64,000 nucleotides of DNA from Desulfomonilia bacterium. GTDB lineage: Bacteria; Desulfobacterota; Desulfomonilia; UBA1062. Location of the stretch: contig JBEKDT010000007.1 in the NCBI GenBank assembly GCA_050014195.1, positions 1 to 64,000 on the forward strand. The letters run 5' to 3'. The translations under genes were made by a program, and so were the position numbers. How positions within the stretch are numbered: position 1 is the first letter of the stretch; each line of letters opens with the position of its first letter. The notes under the pieces were generated by a model. The model did not search any database, was not told the origin of the DNA, and saw nothing but the letters and a program-made list of their open reading frames with translations. Shown here piece after piece: positions 22,301-31,077 of the stretch.

Positions 22301-23261
22301 GGACCGGGCTGTGCTCATAGCCGCAATGCTCAAGGCGATCGGGTATAAACCGCAATTCATGCTGACCTCATCCTCATCTCCGCTTCAATCTTTGCAGACA
22401 CCGCTTGTAGAGTTTCCCGCCGCCGATTGGTTTCTCTCAGTGTTGGTTAAGGTCGAGACACCTCACGGACAGATTATTCTCGGGGACACGGACCAGTATG
22501 CAGCCCTCGGCACTGTCTCTTCTTTTGGTAATCCGGCCCTTAATCTTACCTCCGGTGAGATCGAGACGATCCGGGCAGCCGGCCAGCAGTTTGAAGAAAA
22601 GTCCGAATCCAGCATTACTATTGACTTAAGTCCTTCGGGTGATGCCAACATCACTCAGCTTCGAAAACATTACGGCATCGGATATGCCATGTTTTGTAAA
22701 GATTATCTTGAGATGTCTCCCGAAGAGCGCAATAGGCGCTTCCAGGAGATCGTCTCTTCAGTCAGCAAGGCGGCGGTTGCTACAAGCCCTTATAAAGTTT
22801 CATGCGATGTGTACCCTGCCACCGAAGAATTCAGCGTGAGTGTACCGGGCTATGCGGTGCGCCAGGGGGAGCATCTTTCACTTGAGCTCCCTGGAATTAC
22901 CAGGTCTGTTGCGGGTGTCAGCGGTGATGAGCGCAACAATCCCCTTTATCGCGACTCCTTTATAAAGCAGGACACAAAGATCGAGGTACTCTTGCCCGAG
23001 GGAGTTAAGGCGGTCGAACTGAGCCCCCCTGAGATGAAGCGTTTCCAGCTGCCAGGTTCCAGCGAACTCGTAACATCGAGAAGGATTGTCGATACAGATA
23101 CCGGGAATACTGCAAAAGGCCGCATGCGCTTCATTGTTGAACAGAGAAGCGACATCAAGCCTTCATTCATCTTTCCTGATAAATACCCTGACCTTCTTGA
23201 TATTCAACGTGCCGCTTCACATCCCGGGATGAGGACAATTGTGGTAAGAATGGAAAAATAA
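19377..23261 (+). CDS. Exported tandem DUF3857 + transglutaminase-like protein (two modules)
   Basis: Hydrophobic N-terminal signal. Module 1 has GVCRDKA...FNHAI...MDPT (Cys-His-Asp); module 2 repeats the architecture (PDAVIL, GSIIEYEY, GYGNSADRA). Start set at ATG 19377. Confidence 0.85.
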   Translation: MLRRSFVNIFAVWLIIFIFADTGEPFAQEWAPLDKTAVIEQVETVTTDKYPDADVVVVDQQTWTKYRQDGTYGEWFEQYIKVLTEKGKRRFRTLTSSFNIPYNTTKFTLVEVISQDGTSHKVDIEKNSRVMVDSSQMASNIYDPNNKMLQVSIPELNIGDTVHFITYDDFVKARMSGEWSDFINFEETDPIKSSRLTIIAPKAKPLKSIALKSEIPGTVTFVKILEADDIIYKWAAKDVPRAFEEPEMPPLYTQAQRLLVSTIPDWNTISRWYWNLSKPHLGKTTPEMRRIVKQLVKGKMNRQEKIEAIFFWVSQKVRYLGITTETEAPGYEPHNVSMTCDRRAGVCRDKAALLVAMLRLAGFKAYPVLIMNGPKKDPEVPQPYFNHAIVCVKNKNGSYLLMDPTNENTKELFPAYLNNQSYLVATPKGETLRTSPITPADKNMLRISTSGKLDTKGTLTAKTSLVFDGINDNAYRGYFSGITEDDRKAYFERMLRRVLPGADLHELVIKPDNMQDTSKPLQADFSYSAKDYPIHGTDVTILPVFRFGDTIGVANFVIGRLGLKERKYTYMTDTACGIEEDVNIDLDPSLGKPQSAPVKESASDDGSSWARSLDVKDGIMRGKNIFMLKLTEYSPEQYKRLQDTLKKVEKANRFMPVFATEQGTGMTSGQPWYASYRPDAVILDEDISIDIIDKSSYIETVHKKIKVLTYAGKKKHSELYFSFNPVWEDIQIKKVSVTSPEGQTKEIDPKEVNVMDQEWVGKAPRYPAGKVMVASLPGLQEGSIIEYEYIRKKKDTWPFLIEREFQGEDPIDKKQLQISFPDTIDLKVAKADNGFYPESSWKHFPKEFLSEIRSRKDNRNVFEFSVNHVPPIKHEDFLPPDYSYMPTVFATMAQTKEYAKVVLDVFEKASSSQGESEKKARAITKDTTSSDQKVIAIRDYVAKNVKAVNITFAQLPLSLISPADVTLAAGYGNSADRAVLIAAMLKAIGYKPQFMLTSSSSPLQSLQTPLVEFPAADWFLSVLVKVETPHGQIILGDTDQYAALGTVSSFGNPALNLTSGEIETIRAAGQQFEEKSESSITIDLSPSGDANITQLRKHYGIGYAMFCKDYLEMSPEERNRRFQEIVSSVSKAAVATSPYKVSCDVYPATEEFSVSVPGYAVRQGEHLSLELPGITRSVAGVSGDERNNPLYRDSFIKQDTKIEVLLPEGVKAVELSPPEMKRFQLPGSSELVTSRRIVDTDTGNTAKGRMRFIVEQRSDIKPSFIFPDKYPDLLDIQRAASHPGMRTIVVRMEK

Positions 23262-23267
23262 ATACTC

Positions 23268-24209
23268 TCACACATCGATACTCGCAGCAAGGATAATTGC
23301 CTTGCAATGCCGAATCTTCTCCTGGGACAAGAATTTGGTCATACCCTTATCTTTAGAGTATACATCTTTTCTCCCTAAACTCCAGCTCTTGTCATGCCAG
23401 AGCGGGTTATAGGGCAGGAGATCGGCTTTCATCACTGTGCATTCCCTCAAGAAAGAAGAGATGGCCAGAATGTTCGAATCCGTATCGGTAATACCCGGCA
23501 CCAATGGGATGCGGGGAAGAAGGCTGATTCCCCTCTTGCGTGTATCACTCACGAGTAATGTGAAGTTTTTGATGATTACTGAATTCGACACGCCGCAAAA
23601 GTGCTTGTGTTCAGCGTCATCAAACAGCTTGAGGTCATAGTAGATTATATCAAGATAGGGCAGCAGCGTATCCCTGAAGTGATCATAGTTGAACAAGCCG
23701 CAGGTCTCAAGCAGCACATGGATGTCCATTTCTTTCAGGACGCGAGCAAGCTCGGCAGCATACTCCATGTGCAGTGTCGGCTCTCCTCCGGAAAGGGTCA
23801 CGCCTCCGCCCGAATTGTCGTAGAAGGGTTTGTCTGCAATGACCTTCTGTTTTACCTCATGAATTGGCATCTCAAAACCAACACACTCCAGTGCACCGGA
23901 AGGGCATTCATCGACGCACTTGCCACAGATATTGCAAATGTTTCGATTGATGTAATAGGGGTTCTCTTTTGACAGGGCCGTTGCAGGGCAGATTCTTATG
24001 CAGGTGCCGCACCCGATGCATTTTTTCGGGTCATATGATATCTCGGATTGAAGGCTTTTGCTCTCAGGATTATGGCACCACACGCAGTCAAGCGGGCAAC
24101 CCTTAAAGAATATAACGGTCCGAATTCCCGGACCGTCATCCAGGGAGTTGCCTTTGATCTCGAAAAGGAGCGGGTTTTTTCTTGGTCTACATTTCGATGC
24201 TGTTTTCAT
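23268..24209 (-). CDS. Glycyl-radical enzyme activating enzyme (radical SAM, ferredoxin-insert type)
   Basis: DDGPGIRTVIFFKGCPLDCVWCHNPES, two CxxCxxCxxxCP, GGVTLSGGEP, LLPYN. Confidence 0.92.
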   Translation of the reverse strand: MKTASKCRPRKNPLLFEIKGNSLDDGPGIRTVIFFKGCPLDCVWCHNPESKSLQSEISYDPKKCIGCGTCIRICPATALSKENPYYINRNICNICGKCVDECPSGALECVGFEMPIHEVKQKVIADKPFYDNSGGGVTLSGGEPTLHMEYAAELARVLKEMDIHVLLETCGLFNYDHFRDTLLPYLDIIYYDLKLFDDAEHKHFCGVSNSVIIKNFTLLVSDTRKRGISLLPRIPLVPGITDTDSNILAISSFLRECTVMKADLLPYNPLWHDKSWSLGRKDVYSKDKGMTKFLSQEKIRHCKAIILAASIDV

Positions 24210-24260
24210 CAGCCTTACCTTTCTTATATTACGGCCGGATGACCTAAAGAGACTGACAAG

Positions 24261-24288
24261 ATAACGCTGTTAATATAACACTGTTAAT
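24261..24288. promoter_or_regulatory. Tandem 14-bp direct repeat, putative operator pair
   Basis: ATAACGCTGTTAAT followed by ATAACACTGTTAAT; core TAACA-C-TGTTA is palindromic. Lies in a divergent intergenic region. Confidence 0.5.
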
Positions 24289-24431
24289 AATTCGTCAAGT
24301 AGCTTTGCCCACATTCCTACGGATAAGGTGTATTCAGTCCTTGATGGATGATTGTTGAAAATATAATGATTTCGATATACTAATTGATAAGTCAGACAAA
24401 GAATCTTATAGGCGCAAAAGGATAGGTTGCC

Positions 24432-25514
24432 GTGCAATCATCTATCGAACGCATGTATGCAACACTACTCGACCAGGAGTATCAACGGGAGCTTTTCGGT
24501 GACCTCCAAGGTTTCCAAAGAAGAGGCCCCGGGTTCATAGCGTGCTGCCCATTCCACAAAGATCATATGCCCACATTACTGATCTACGGTGACAGGCCCG
24601 AATACTTTTGCTTTTCCTGCAGCGAACGCGGAGATTGGCTGAAGTTTATGATGCAAAGGTATAAAATACCATTTGAGGAGGCCTTATCGAGGATACCTCA
24701 TGCCTCTAAGATCCGACCTGCCGATTTACGTAAAGACCAATGGGAGAAAACGCTTTCTCGGATGATCTTTCTGGAAACGGCAACGTGCACGTTCATAACA
24801 CAGCTCTGGTCAAAACAAGGGGAAGATGTATTGCACTTCCTGTATAAACGCGGGTATTCAATGGGTGAAGTGGAGGGTATGTCGCTCGGATATTATCCGG
24901 GTTTCACGCAAACAAGGCGAAGCCTCCATTCTCAGGGAATAGACAAACATGATCTCGATAAGGTGTTTTCGCGGCTTTGGAAGAATCAATCCGATAATGC
25001 GGGCCTTGCCATCCCCTATCGGGACACATGCGGGAGACTCATGGGGATTATATTCCGTGATATAAGCAACACCGGCCATGGGGCATACAAGCCGTTGACC
25101 GACAATGAACCCCTTCAAGATGTGCCGTTTCTCATGTACCGGTCCAGGGGCCAGAGTGAGATTATTGTTGTTGAAGGTTTTTTTGATGCCCTGCTCATCG
25201 ACCAGGTGCGCCTAAAACCCGTAATCGGCATAGGCACGAATGGTCTTACCGGAGATCAGATAGATACTGCTGTTTTTTACGGAACAAGGCATTTTATACT
25301 CGCTCTGGGCAGCGGCAACCGGCAGAAAGACATCACCCGGGAAGCAATAAAAAAAATTCATGAACGCTCATTGACTGCATCAATATTGCCGATCCCTCCT
25401 GAATACAAAGATCTGGATGAATTCATCCGCATGACTTGCCTCGATCACTTCAAAGCCCTCCTAAAAAAGGTCATCAACGCTGATAAGTGGCTGGAAAGCG
25501 GCTTAAAAGGATAA
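24432..25514 (+). CDS. DnaG-like protein (CHC2 zinc finger + TOPRIM-like), short and probably catalytically degenerate
   Basis: CPFHKD...YFCFSC zinc finger, IPYRD..GRLMG, VVEGFFDA, KDLDEF. The DxD position reads ALGSG. Confidence 0.8.
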   Translation: MQSSIERMYATLLDQEYQRELFGDLQGFQRRGPGFIACCPFHKDHMPTLLIYGDRPEYFCFSCSERGDWLKFMMQRYKIPFEEALSRIPHASKIRPADLRKDQWEKTLSRMIFLETATCTFITQLWSKQGEDVLHFLYKRGYSMGEVEGMSLGYYPGFTQTRRSLHSQGIDKHDLDKVFSRLWKNQSDNAGLAIPYRDTCGRLMGIIFRDISNTGHGAYKPLTDNEPLQDVPFLMYRSRGQSEIIVVEGFFDALLIDQVRLKPVIGIGTNGLTGDQIDTAVFYGTRHFILALGSGNRQKDITREAIKKIHERSLTASILPIPPEYKDLDEFIRMTCLDHFKALLKKVINADKWLESGLKG

Positions 25515-25521
25515 TCCGTTC

Positions 25522-26646
25522 ATGCATTCTGCATCATACTCACAGGCAATTGTCATCGGAGCGGGCCCCGCGGGCCTCGGCGTATCGCTCGGTCTTGCCC
25601 GCAAGGGCATCTCAGTGATCATCATTGAGCTGCAGAAAAAATTAGGCTCGGTTCGCAGGGGGGAGACCATACGCTCTGATAAGCATATGGAAGAGATCCT
25701 TGGGCCCGGCTTTTTTGAGCGTATCACCATAAAAAAGGTGAACAAACGCCGCTACTTCTCGCATACCGGGGAATGCCATGTAGACCGTACCATCAAGAAC
25801 CCAAATATCATCTTTGCATGGCCGGATCTCATTCAAGAGATCGCGGCTCAGGCTGAGCGCAGTGGGGTGAGAGTCCTCACGGGAGTCGGCGTGAAGACAC
25901 TCTTAGGGGGTTCCGGCAGGGCACAAGGTGTTATAGCCGAGATGAACGGCGGCGAAAAAGAGTACCTTGCGCACACGATTATTTCCTGCGGGGGCTGTAA
26001 TGACCCGACTTCACTCTACATCAATCAGGACCGGACCGGTATCGACATGGCTGTGGCAAAACTCTTGGTGCGAGGATATACCGGACCGGAGGACCGGCTG
26101 GAATATCATCTCCATCTCGGACCTTCCGGACTTGTAGTCGGGACGATGTTCCCGCGCGGAGGAGGTGAGGCTGAATTCATACTGCTGGACACCTCCTCGG
26201 GAAAAGACATGCCGCCTTCATTCGATAAATTCTGCCATAGTCATCCTCAATTCAGCCGACTTTTAGAAGGCACGCAGACCTACTATGAACTTCAGACATG
26301 TATTCCTATGGGTGGAATACTCTATCCTTTCTCTCCTTGGCCAGGTCTTGTTATGGCTGGTGATGCCCTTGGCCATGTCCAGGCAAGGGGCGGCAGCGGG
26401 ATCAGAACTTCCTTTTTGATCGGCCATGCAGCAGGCACACTTGCAGCAGATGTTATACACTCAGGTGGGTGGTCCGAAGATAAAATGAAGAGATTCGAGC
26501 ACTTGATGAGAACCCATCCCTATGTTCGATCATTGAGACTTCATAATTTCCTCTACTCCAACCTCAGGTCACGTATTTTTGGTTTGGTCGACACGGCAGA
26601 AGAGATGGATAAAAAATGGAATATCCTTAAAGTCGCTTTGAGGTAG
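25522..26646 (+). CDS. FAD-dependent oxidoreductase (geranylgeranyl reductase/FixC-like)
   Basis: N-terminal VIGAGPAG Rossmann motif; AGDALG..GGSGI second FAD motif. Confidence 0.82.
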   Translation: MHSASYSQAIVIGAGPAGLGVSLGLARKGISVIIIELQKKLGSVRRGETIRSDKHMEEILGPGFFERITIKKVNKRRYFSHTGECHVDRTIKNPNIIFAWPDLIQEIAAQAERSGVRVLTGVGVKTLLGGSGRAQGVIAEMNGGEKEYLAHTIISCGGCNDPTSLYINQDRTGIDMAVAKLLVRGYTGPEDRLEYHLHLGPSGLVVGTMFPRGGGEAEFILLDTSSGKDMPPSFDKFCHSHPQFSRLLEGTQTYYELQTCIPMGGILYPFSPWPGLVMAGDALGHVQARGGSGIRTSFLIGHAAGTLAADVIHSGGWSEDKMKRFEHLMRTHPYVRSLRLHNFLYSNLRSRIFGLVDTAEEMDKKWNILKVALR

Positions 26647-26661
26647 AGAACCTATAAGTAG

Positions 26662-27825
26662 TCATGTCTGGGCCTTGTTCTTCGGCATAGTTTGGGACGG
26701 ATTTGGTACGAGTTGAACAACCCTTCTCTGCAATGCCCTTATCCTGTCCAGTTCATAATCCCCGTAGTGGTTCTCCATGACCGCCATAGATGACCAATGA
26801 CCGTAAGCCTGGGCATCTTCCTTGCTCCAACCGAGCTCATTGATTGCTGAGCTTGCCCCGCTTGTCCTGAACCCCCTATGCATATCAATGGTAACCCCTA
26901 TCTTCGCACAGGCTGCTTTCCATATGCTCATGAGGGTATCATGCGTGTACCTCATTCCGAATGAACGTGACGAGGCGTTGGTGAAGAAGTAAGGTGATAG
27001 GGCTTGGGGTTTGGGCATGTAGGGCTTAAACGCAGGGTGGCACGGCATTGTGACCGGAATACCGGTCTTGATGCTGTCTATCTCCTTGCCTCCGCTGATA
27101 GCTCGATGAATGATAAAAGAATCAAGCCTCTTGTCGTAATCGGACCGGTGCAGTGCGCATGCCTCTCCGACCCTGCGCCAGTGTAGTGCCATCCACCGGA
27201 ATATCGGCTGATGCTCTATAGGTATCTCGCTCAAAATAGCTTCCTGGGTTGCCTTATCAATCCAGTGTTTCGGTTGCTTTGGCACCTCGATGGTGGGGAA
27301 CCTTGGCACCTTGGAGATCCGGTCGGAATCACAGGCATCCCTGAGGATTTCTTTGAACACACCGAGGATGTTGCGTTTTGTCTTTGGTGCGGGTGGCAAT
27401 TCCATGGCCATGAGCTGCAAAGTGTCCTTCTGAACCACATGAAGATGCAGCGGATGACGTTCAAAGAATGCAATGATATGACGGACTGAACTACGATAGA
27501 AATGAATCGAGGATGGTTTTAATGATGGCTCTCTCAGGGTAAGCCAGGTTTCGCAATAGGGTATGGCATCGGTGAACTTGCCCCGGTACCTACTCAGATC
27601 AAAATTGCGCTCACCTCTCTGGTATGCCTCCCAATCATTACGCATGACGGTGAGGCATCTTTCGGCCATCTTGTAGCCGATGCACTTATCCTTATCCTGA
27701 TGACGCCTCCAGAACTTCTCACCTCCATGCAGGAAATCATCATAGAATTTCTCATGCTTCCCATCCTGATACCAATCTATAAACCAATACCGGCCCGATG
27801 AATGCGGTTGTATACTCCCCTTCAT
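26662..27825 (-). CDS. Tyrosine recombinase / phage-type integrase
   Basis: N-terminal arm-binding-like RYWFIDWYQDGK. Catalytic R (WRRVGE), K (IKT), H-x3-R (MHRGFR), GH, and Y (ENHY). Alternative start at 27894. Confidence 0.9.
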   Translation of the reverse strand: MKGSIQPHSSGRYWFIDWYQDGKHEKFYDDFLHGGEKFWRRHQDKDKCIGYKMAERCLTVMRNDWEAYQRGERNFDLSRYRGKFTDAIPYCETWLTLREPSLKPSSIHFYRSSVRHIIAFFERHPLHLHVVQKDTLQLMAMELPPAPKTKRNILGVFKEILRDACDSDRISKVPRFPTIEVPKQPKHWIDKATQEAILSEIPIEHQPIFRWMALHWRRVGEACALHRSDYDKRLDSFIIHRAISGGKEIDSIKTGIPVTMPCHPAFKPYMPKPQALSPYFFTNASSRSFGMRYTHDTLMSIWKAACAKIGVTIDMHRGFRTSGASSAINELGWSKEDAQAYGHWSSMAVMENHYGDYELDRIRALQRRVVQLVPNPSQTMPKNKAQT

Positions 27826-27900
27826 ACACACACCCCCCAACCCTGAAATAGTGGGGTGATTATACTGATGCATGTAAGGCCCGGTCAACTGCATGATTTT

Positions 27901-27999
27901 CTACCTAGGCATTACCTTGATTCCTGCAGGGCTGGAAGTCTCAGAATTTATTCCAGAACATATGTTTGTCCTAATCAAATTTTGTTTAACGAGTTTCAT
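27901..27999 (-). CDS. Small 32-aa ORF immediately upstream of the integrase
   Basis: AAGGAG RBS followed by MKLVKQNLIRTNICSGINSETSSPAGIKVMPR*. Confidence 0.35.
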   Translation of the reverse strand: MKLVKQNLIRTNICSGINSETSSPAGIKVMPR

Positions 28000-28240
28000 A
28001 TTATCTCCTTGGTAGGGGTTTAATGATTGTAATAGGGAAAGGCTAAAATATGATTTTTGGGTTCAAATATTTCTGGTTACGGACGACAGGAGAAAGCAAA
28101 AAGTGAGATGTTTTGAAAAACAGATTTCACGCTATAATTTGATTTAAGCATAGCCCTGCATTTCAGCAAAAGCCCAAATATTTGATGCTCTCCTTATAAC
28201 AAGAGTCAAACCAGCAACATACAGACATAAGGAGAATTTC

Positions 28241-29110
28241 ATGATCAATAACAGCTGTAATATCATAGCAATTGCAAATAGGAAGGGAGGGTGCGCCAAA
28301 ACTACCGCAGCAGTTAACCTGGCTGCAGCCCTAGCGGAGGAAGGAAAGAAAACACTCCTCATCGACATGGATTCACAGGCAAACGCAACGACCTGGCTCA
28401 GGAATGGGCTCAAAGACAACCAGTATTCAGTCTTTGAATTCCTGGCTGGGAGGGTAGGAGGTAAAAAAATCTGGTACCAGGACACCGTCATTGAACTAGG
28501 TAAAAACCTCAAACTCATCCCGGGAAGTAATAAGCTTAACGAAATTGAACCCATGATGGCAGTAGCGGAGAAAATGAAAAACACAGAGGTAAGATACTAC
28601 CTCCAACAAAGGATAAGAGAAATCGATGAAGATTTCGACTATATCCTCATCGATTGTCCCCCAGGCCTGGGCTATATAATGCTTAACGTCCTAACTGCCA
28701 CAGATTACGCTATTATCCCCGGTTTTGATGCATTCGCCGTTAAGGGTGCCATAGAAGTGATAGATCTTATCGATACTCAGATAAGAAAAAGAAACCCGGG
28801 ACTACATGTGCTCGGCTTCCTCATAACCAGGTATGGGAACCGTTTCCTGGGCAATGGCTTGCCTGCTTTTTTCCGGTATCGTAACCTTTCAATCGCCCTG
28901 AAAAGATACTTCAATGGAAATGTCCTGAAGACGTTCATCCGAGAAGACAATAAGCTCGAAGAGGCATGCTGCAATGGTCAAACAATCTTCGAGTACAAAA
29001 GATATTCAAATGCCGGACAGGACTACGAGGCTCTGGCAAAAGAGATTATTTCCATCATCGATGCCTTAAAACAGGAGGATATTCATGAAACCGAAAGAAA
29101 AAGTATCTGA
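28241..29110 (+). CDS. parA: ParA/Soj-family ATPase
   Basis: IANRKGGCAKTT deviant Walker A, LIDMDSQANAT, YILIDCPPGLG, DYEALAKEI. AAGGAG RBS. Confidence 0.93.
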   Translation: MINNSCNIIAIANRKGGCAKTTAAVNLAAALAEEGKKTLLIDMDSQANATTWLRNGLKDNQYSVFEFLAGRVGGKKIWYQDTVIELGKNLKLIPGSNKLNEIEPMMAVAEKMKNTEVRYYLQQRIREIDEDFDYILIDCPPGLGYIMLNVLTATDYAIIPGFDAFAVKGAIEVIDLIDTQIRKRNPGLHVLGFLITRYGNRFLGNGLPAFFRYRNLSIALKRYFNGNVLKTFIREDNKLEEACCNGQTIFEYKRYSNAGQDYEALAKEIISIIDALKQEDIHETERKSI

Positions 29111-30005
29111 AAATAACTTTGCCAGAATGTTTCAGAAAAAATCTGGCTTACAAAACACGTTAGAAGATTTCGATCTATCGCGCCCGGAAGCTGATGATCA
29201 AATAAATGTAAGATTTGGGCAGTTGATCAAACTGGATATTATCCACCCCGACCCCAAACAGCCACGGAAAACCTTCAATGAGGAGAGCATCCAGAGTCTG
29301 GCCGAATCCATCAAGACCAATGGTCTGATTACTCCGATTCTCGTCAGGCCAAACGGGGAAGGTTACATGATCGTGGCAGGTGAAAGACGTCACAGAGCAT
29401 GCGTCATTGCAGGGCTCGATGCTGTCCCCTGCATCATCAAAGATGTCACAGGGTTTGAGGCCTTCAAGCTCTCGCTTATCGAAAACCTCCAAAAGGAGGA
29501 TCTGGATCCATTTGAAGAAGCTGCTGCATACCAGAGTCTTATTGATGATTATGGAATGACCCAGGAGGAAATCGGAAAGATAGTAGGAAAAAAACAATCG
29601 ACAATTTCACATATTATGTCTGTAAATAAGCTCCCTGAGAGTGTTTGCAAGAAATATGCGACGTCGCATATTCCAAAAAGTCAGCTTGTTGAGATCGCCA
29701 AGGCCCCTACAGAGGAAGTAATGGAAAACCTAGCCGAAAAGACCGTGCAAGAAAGTCTCACTGTGAAGGATATCAGGGAAGCAACCAAAGCTGCCAAGAC
29801 GAAGGAAGCAATCCCCAGCCGGGCCAAGAATTCCGATGTGTTCAAAACCCTCATGAATATGGCCATATCTTATACCAAAGTATTGAACAAGCTTGCCGAG
29901 AACGACATAAGCACCCTGTCTGAGAACGAACGTAATGCATTGCGAGACAAGATCATAGAAAACCGGAAGATCGAGGACGCCTGGCTTGATAGATTGCCGA
30001 TTTGA
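29085..30005 (+). CDS. parB: ParB/Spo0J-family partition protein
   Basis: QPRKTF, VAGERRHRAC (CTP box), LIENLQKEDL, HTH TQEEIGKIVGKKQSTISHIM. Overlaps parA. Confidence 0.93.
   Translation: MKPKEKVSENNFARMFQKKSGLQNTLEDFDLSRPEADDQINVRFGQLIKLDIIHPDPKQPRKTFNEESIQSLAESIKTNGLITPILVRPNGEGYMIVAGERRHRACVIAGLDAVPCIIKDVTGFEAFKLSLIENLQKEDLDPFEEAAAYQSLIDDYGMTQEEIGKIVGKKQSTISHIMSVNKLPESVCKKYATSHIPKSQLVEIAKAPTEEVMENLAEKTVQESLTVKDIREATKAAKTKEAIPSRAKNSDVFKTLMNMAISYTKVLNKLAENDISTLSENERNALRDKIIENRKIEDAWLDRLPI
29653..29672. promoter_or_regulatory. Perfect 20-bp palindrome inside parB, candidate parS
   Basis: AATATGCGAC|GTCGCATATT. Confidence 0.55.
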
Positions 30006-30088
30006 ACCTATGAGGCCGGGGCGATAGCTTCCCGGGTTGATACTCTTCAACTTTTTTAGATAATTAATCTGATCAAAAAGCTCTATGA

Positions 30089-30293
30089 TCAGTTTTGCAT
30101 GAGAAGGTGCAGGTGTTTATTGGAGAGCCATCTGGATATTGCAGGCTGCTCAAGTCCGAATACTTCAGCGGCTTCTTCCTATGTCTTATGCTTTTCTCCA
30201 TCCATACTCTGCAATAGTTTGAACTCATTCTGCAAGCCTGGTTTTTTCTTTTCATCCCATATATGATCACTCTGGCATTTTAAGGGCCGTCAG
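30089..30293 (-). pseudogene. Remnant of an HTH protein gene (unit 1)
   Basis: Minus frame KKKPGLQNEFKLLQSMDGEKHKT*EEAAEVFGLEQPAISRWLS: a ParB/KorB-like HTH interrupted by TAG at 30179-30181. The 5' part aligns with the unit-3 ORF. Confidence 0.6.
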
Positions 30294-30354
30294 GGCATTG
30301 AAGGACTGGCTCTTGCGGCTAGGCTTACAGGTCAAACTATAAGATTATTTGCGA

Positions 30355-30412
30355 GATAATACAGCATGTCCCACAGGTGACATTTGTCACTAGTGGGACA
30401 TGCTGTATTATC
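30355..30412. repeat. 58-bp near-perfect palindrome (unit 1)
   Basis: GATAATACAGCATGTCCCAC-AG-GTGACATTTGTCAC-TA-GTGGGACATGCTGTATTATC; perfect 20-bp outer arms. Confidence 0.95.
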
Positions 30413-30516
30413 ATAATGTAACAGTTTGATTGTATGTAATTTATAGATAACACAGTATATAAGGCCATTATTTTTCGTTTCGTATACGTTTTCTTTAAAT
30501 CTATGCCTCATAATCA

Positions 30517-30850
30517 TCATTGGAGGAAATACGATTGAAATCGTTTAATAACCACAACTGTTGCGATAATCTTGTACTTCTTTTCATAGACTCTTCAGAT
30601 CCGGGCAGGGCACACATCAGCCATGAACTTGGCTATAACCGACAATGAGTCTGCCGGAAGTGCGGCATCATATACACATCTGCAAACATCTCGGAGACAG
30701 ACTTAAGTTCAGCAGTTGTAAACTGATCAAGCGAACCTTTATACCGCCTTTGGGTTATCTTAAGATCCTCTTATTCTACCGGAATCTTACAATGAATAAT
30801 CTGATTTGCCTGAACTTAATGTTGACTTATTTTTTTCTATGGGCACAGTC
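30517..30850 (-). pseudogene. Degenerate ORF remnant (unit 2), paralogue of 31078-31463
   Basis: 30589-30810 aligns ungapped (222 bp) with 31162-31383. Translates QANQIIHCKIPVE*EDLK...FADVY/DAALPADS...CPARI* with stops and a frameshift. Confidence 0.6.
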
Positions 30851-30960
30851 ACAGTTTCTTTTTATTGGGTGGGTTTACTTGCGACGTGTCTTACGGGTCA
30901 AATTATGAGATGTTTTCTGATAGACACAATCAATTTTGAAAAGCATTTTATTAAATTATA

Positions 30961-30994
30961 TTATTCACTGGTGACATTTGTCACCAATGAATAA
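30961..30994. repeat. 34-bp palindrome (unit 2)
   Basis: TTATTCACTG-GTGACATTTGTCAC-CAATGAATAA. Confidence 0.95.
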
Positions 30995-31077
30995 CGCTTT
31001 ATATTAAGTTTATTATAAAGATAGTGTGCTACTGGTTTAACAGATGATACAGCGTAACAAAGCATTAATTAAATATT

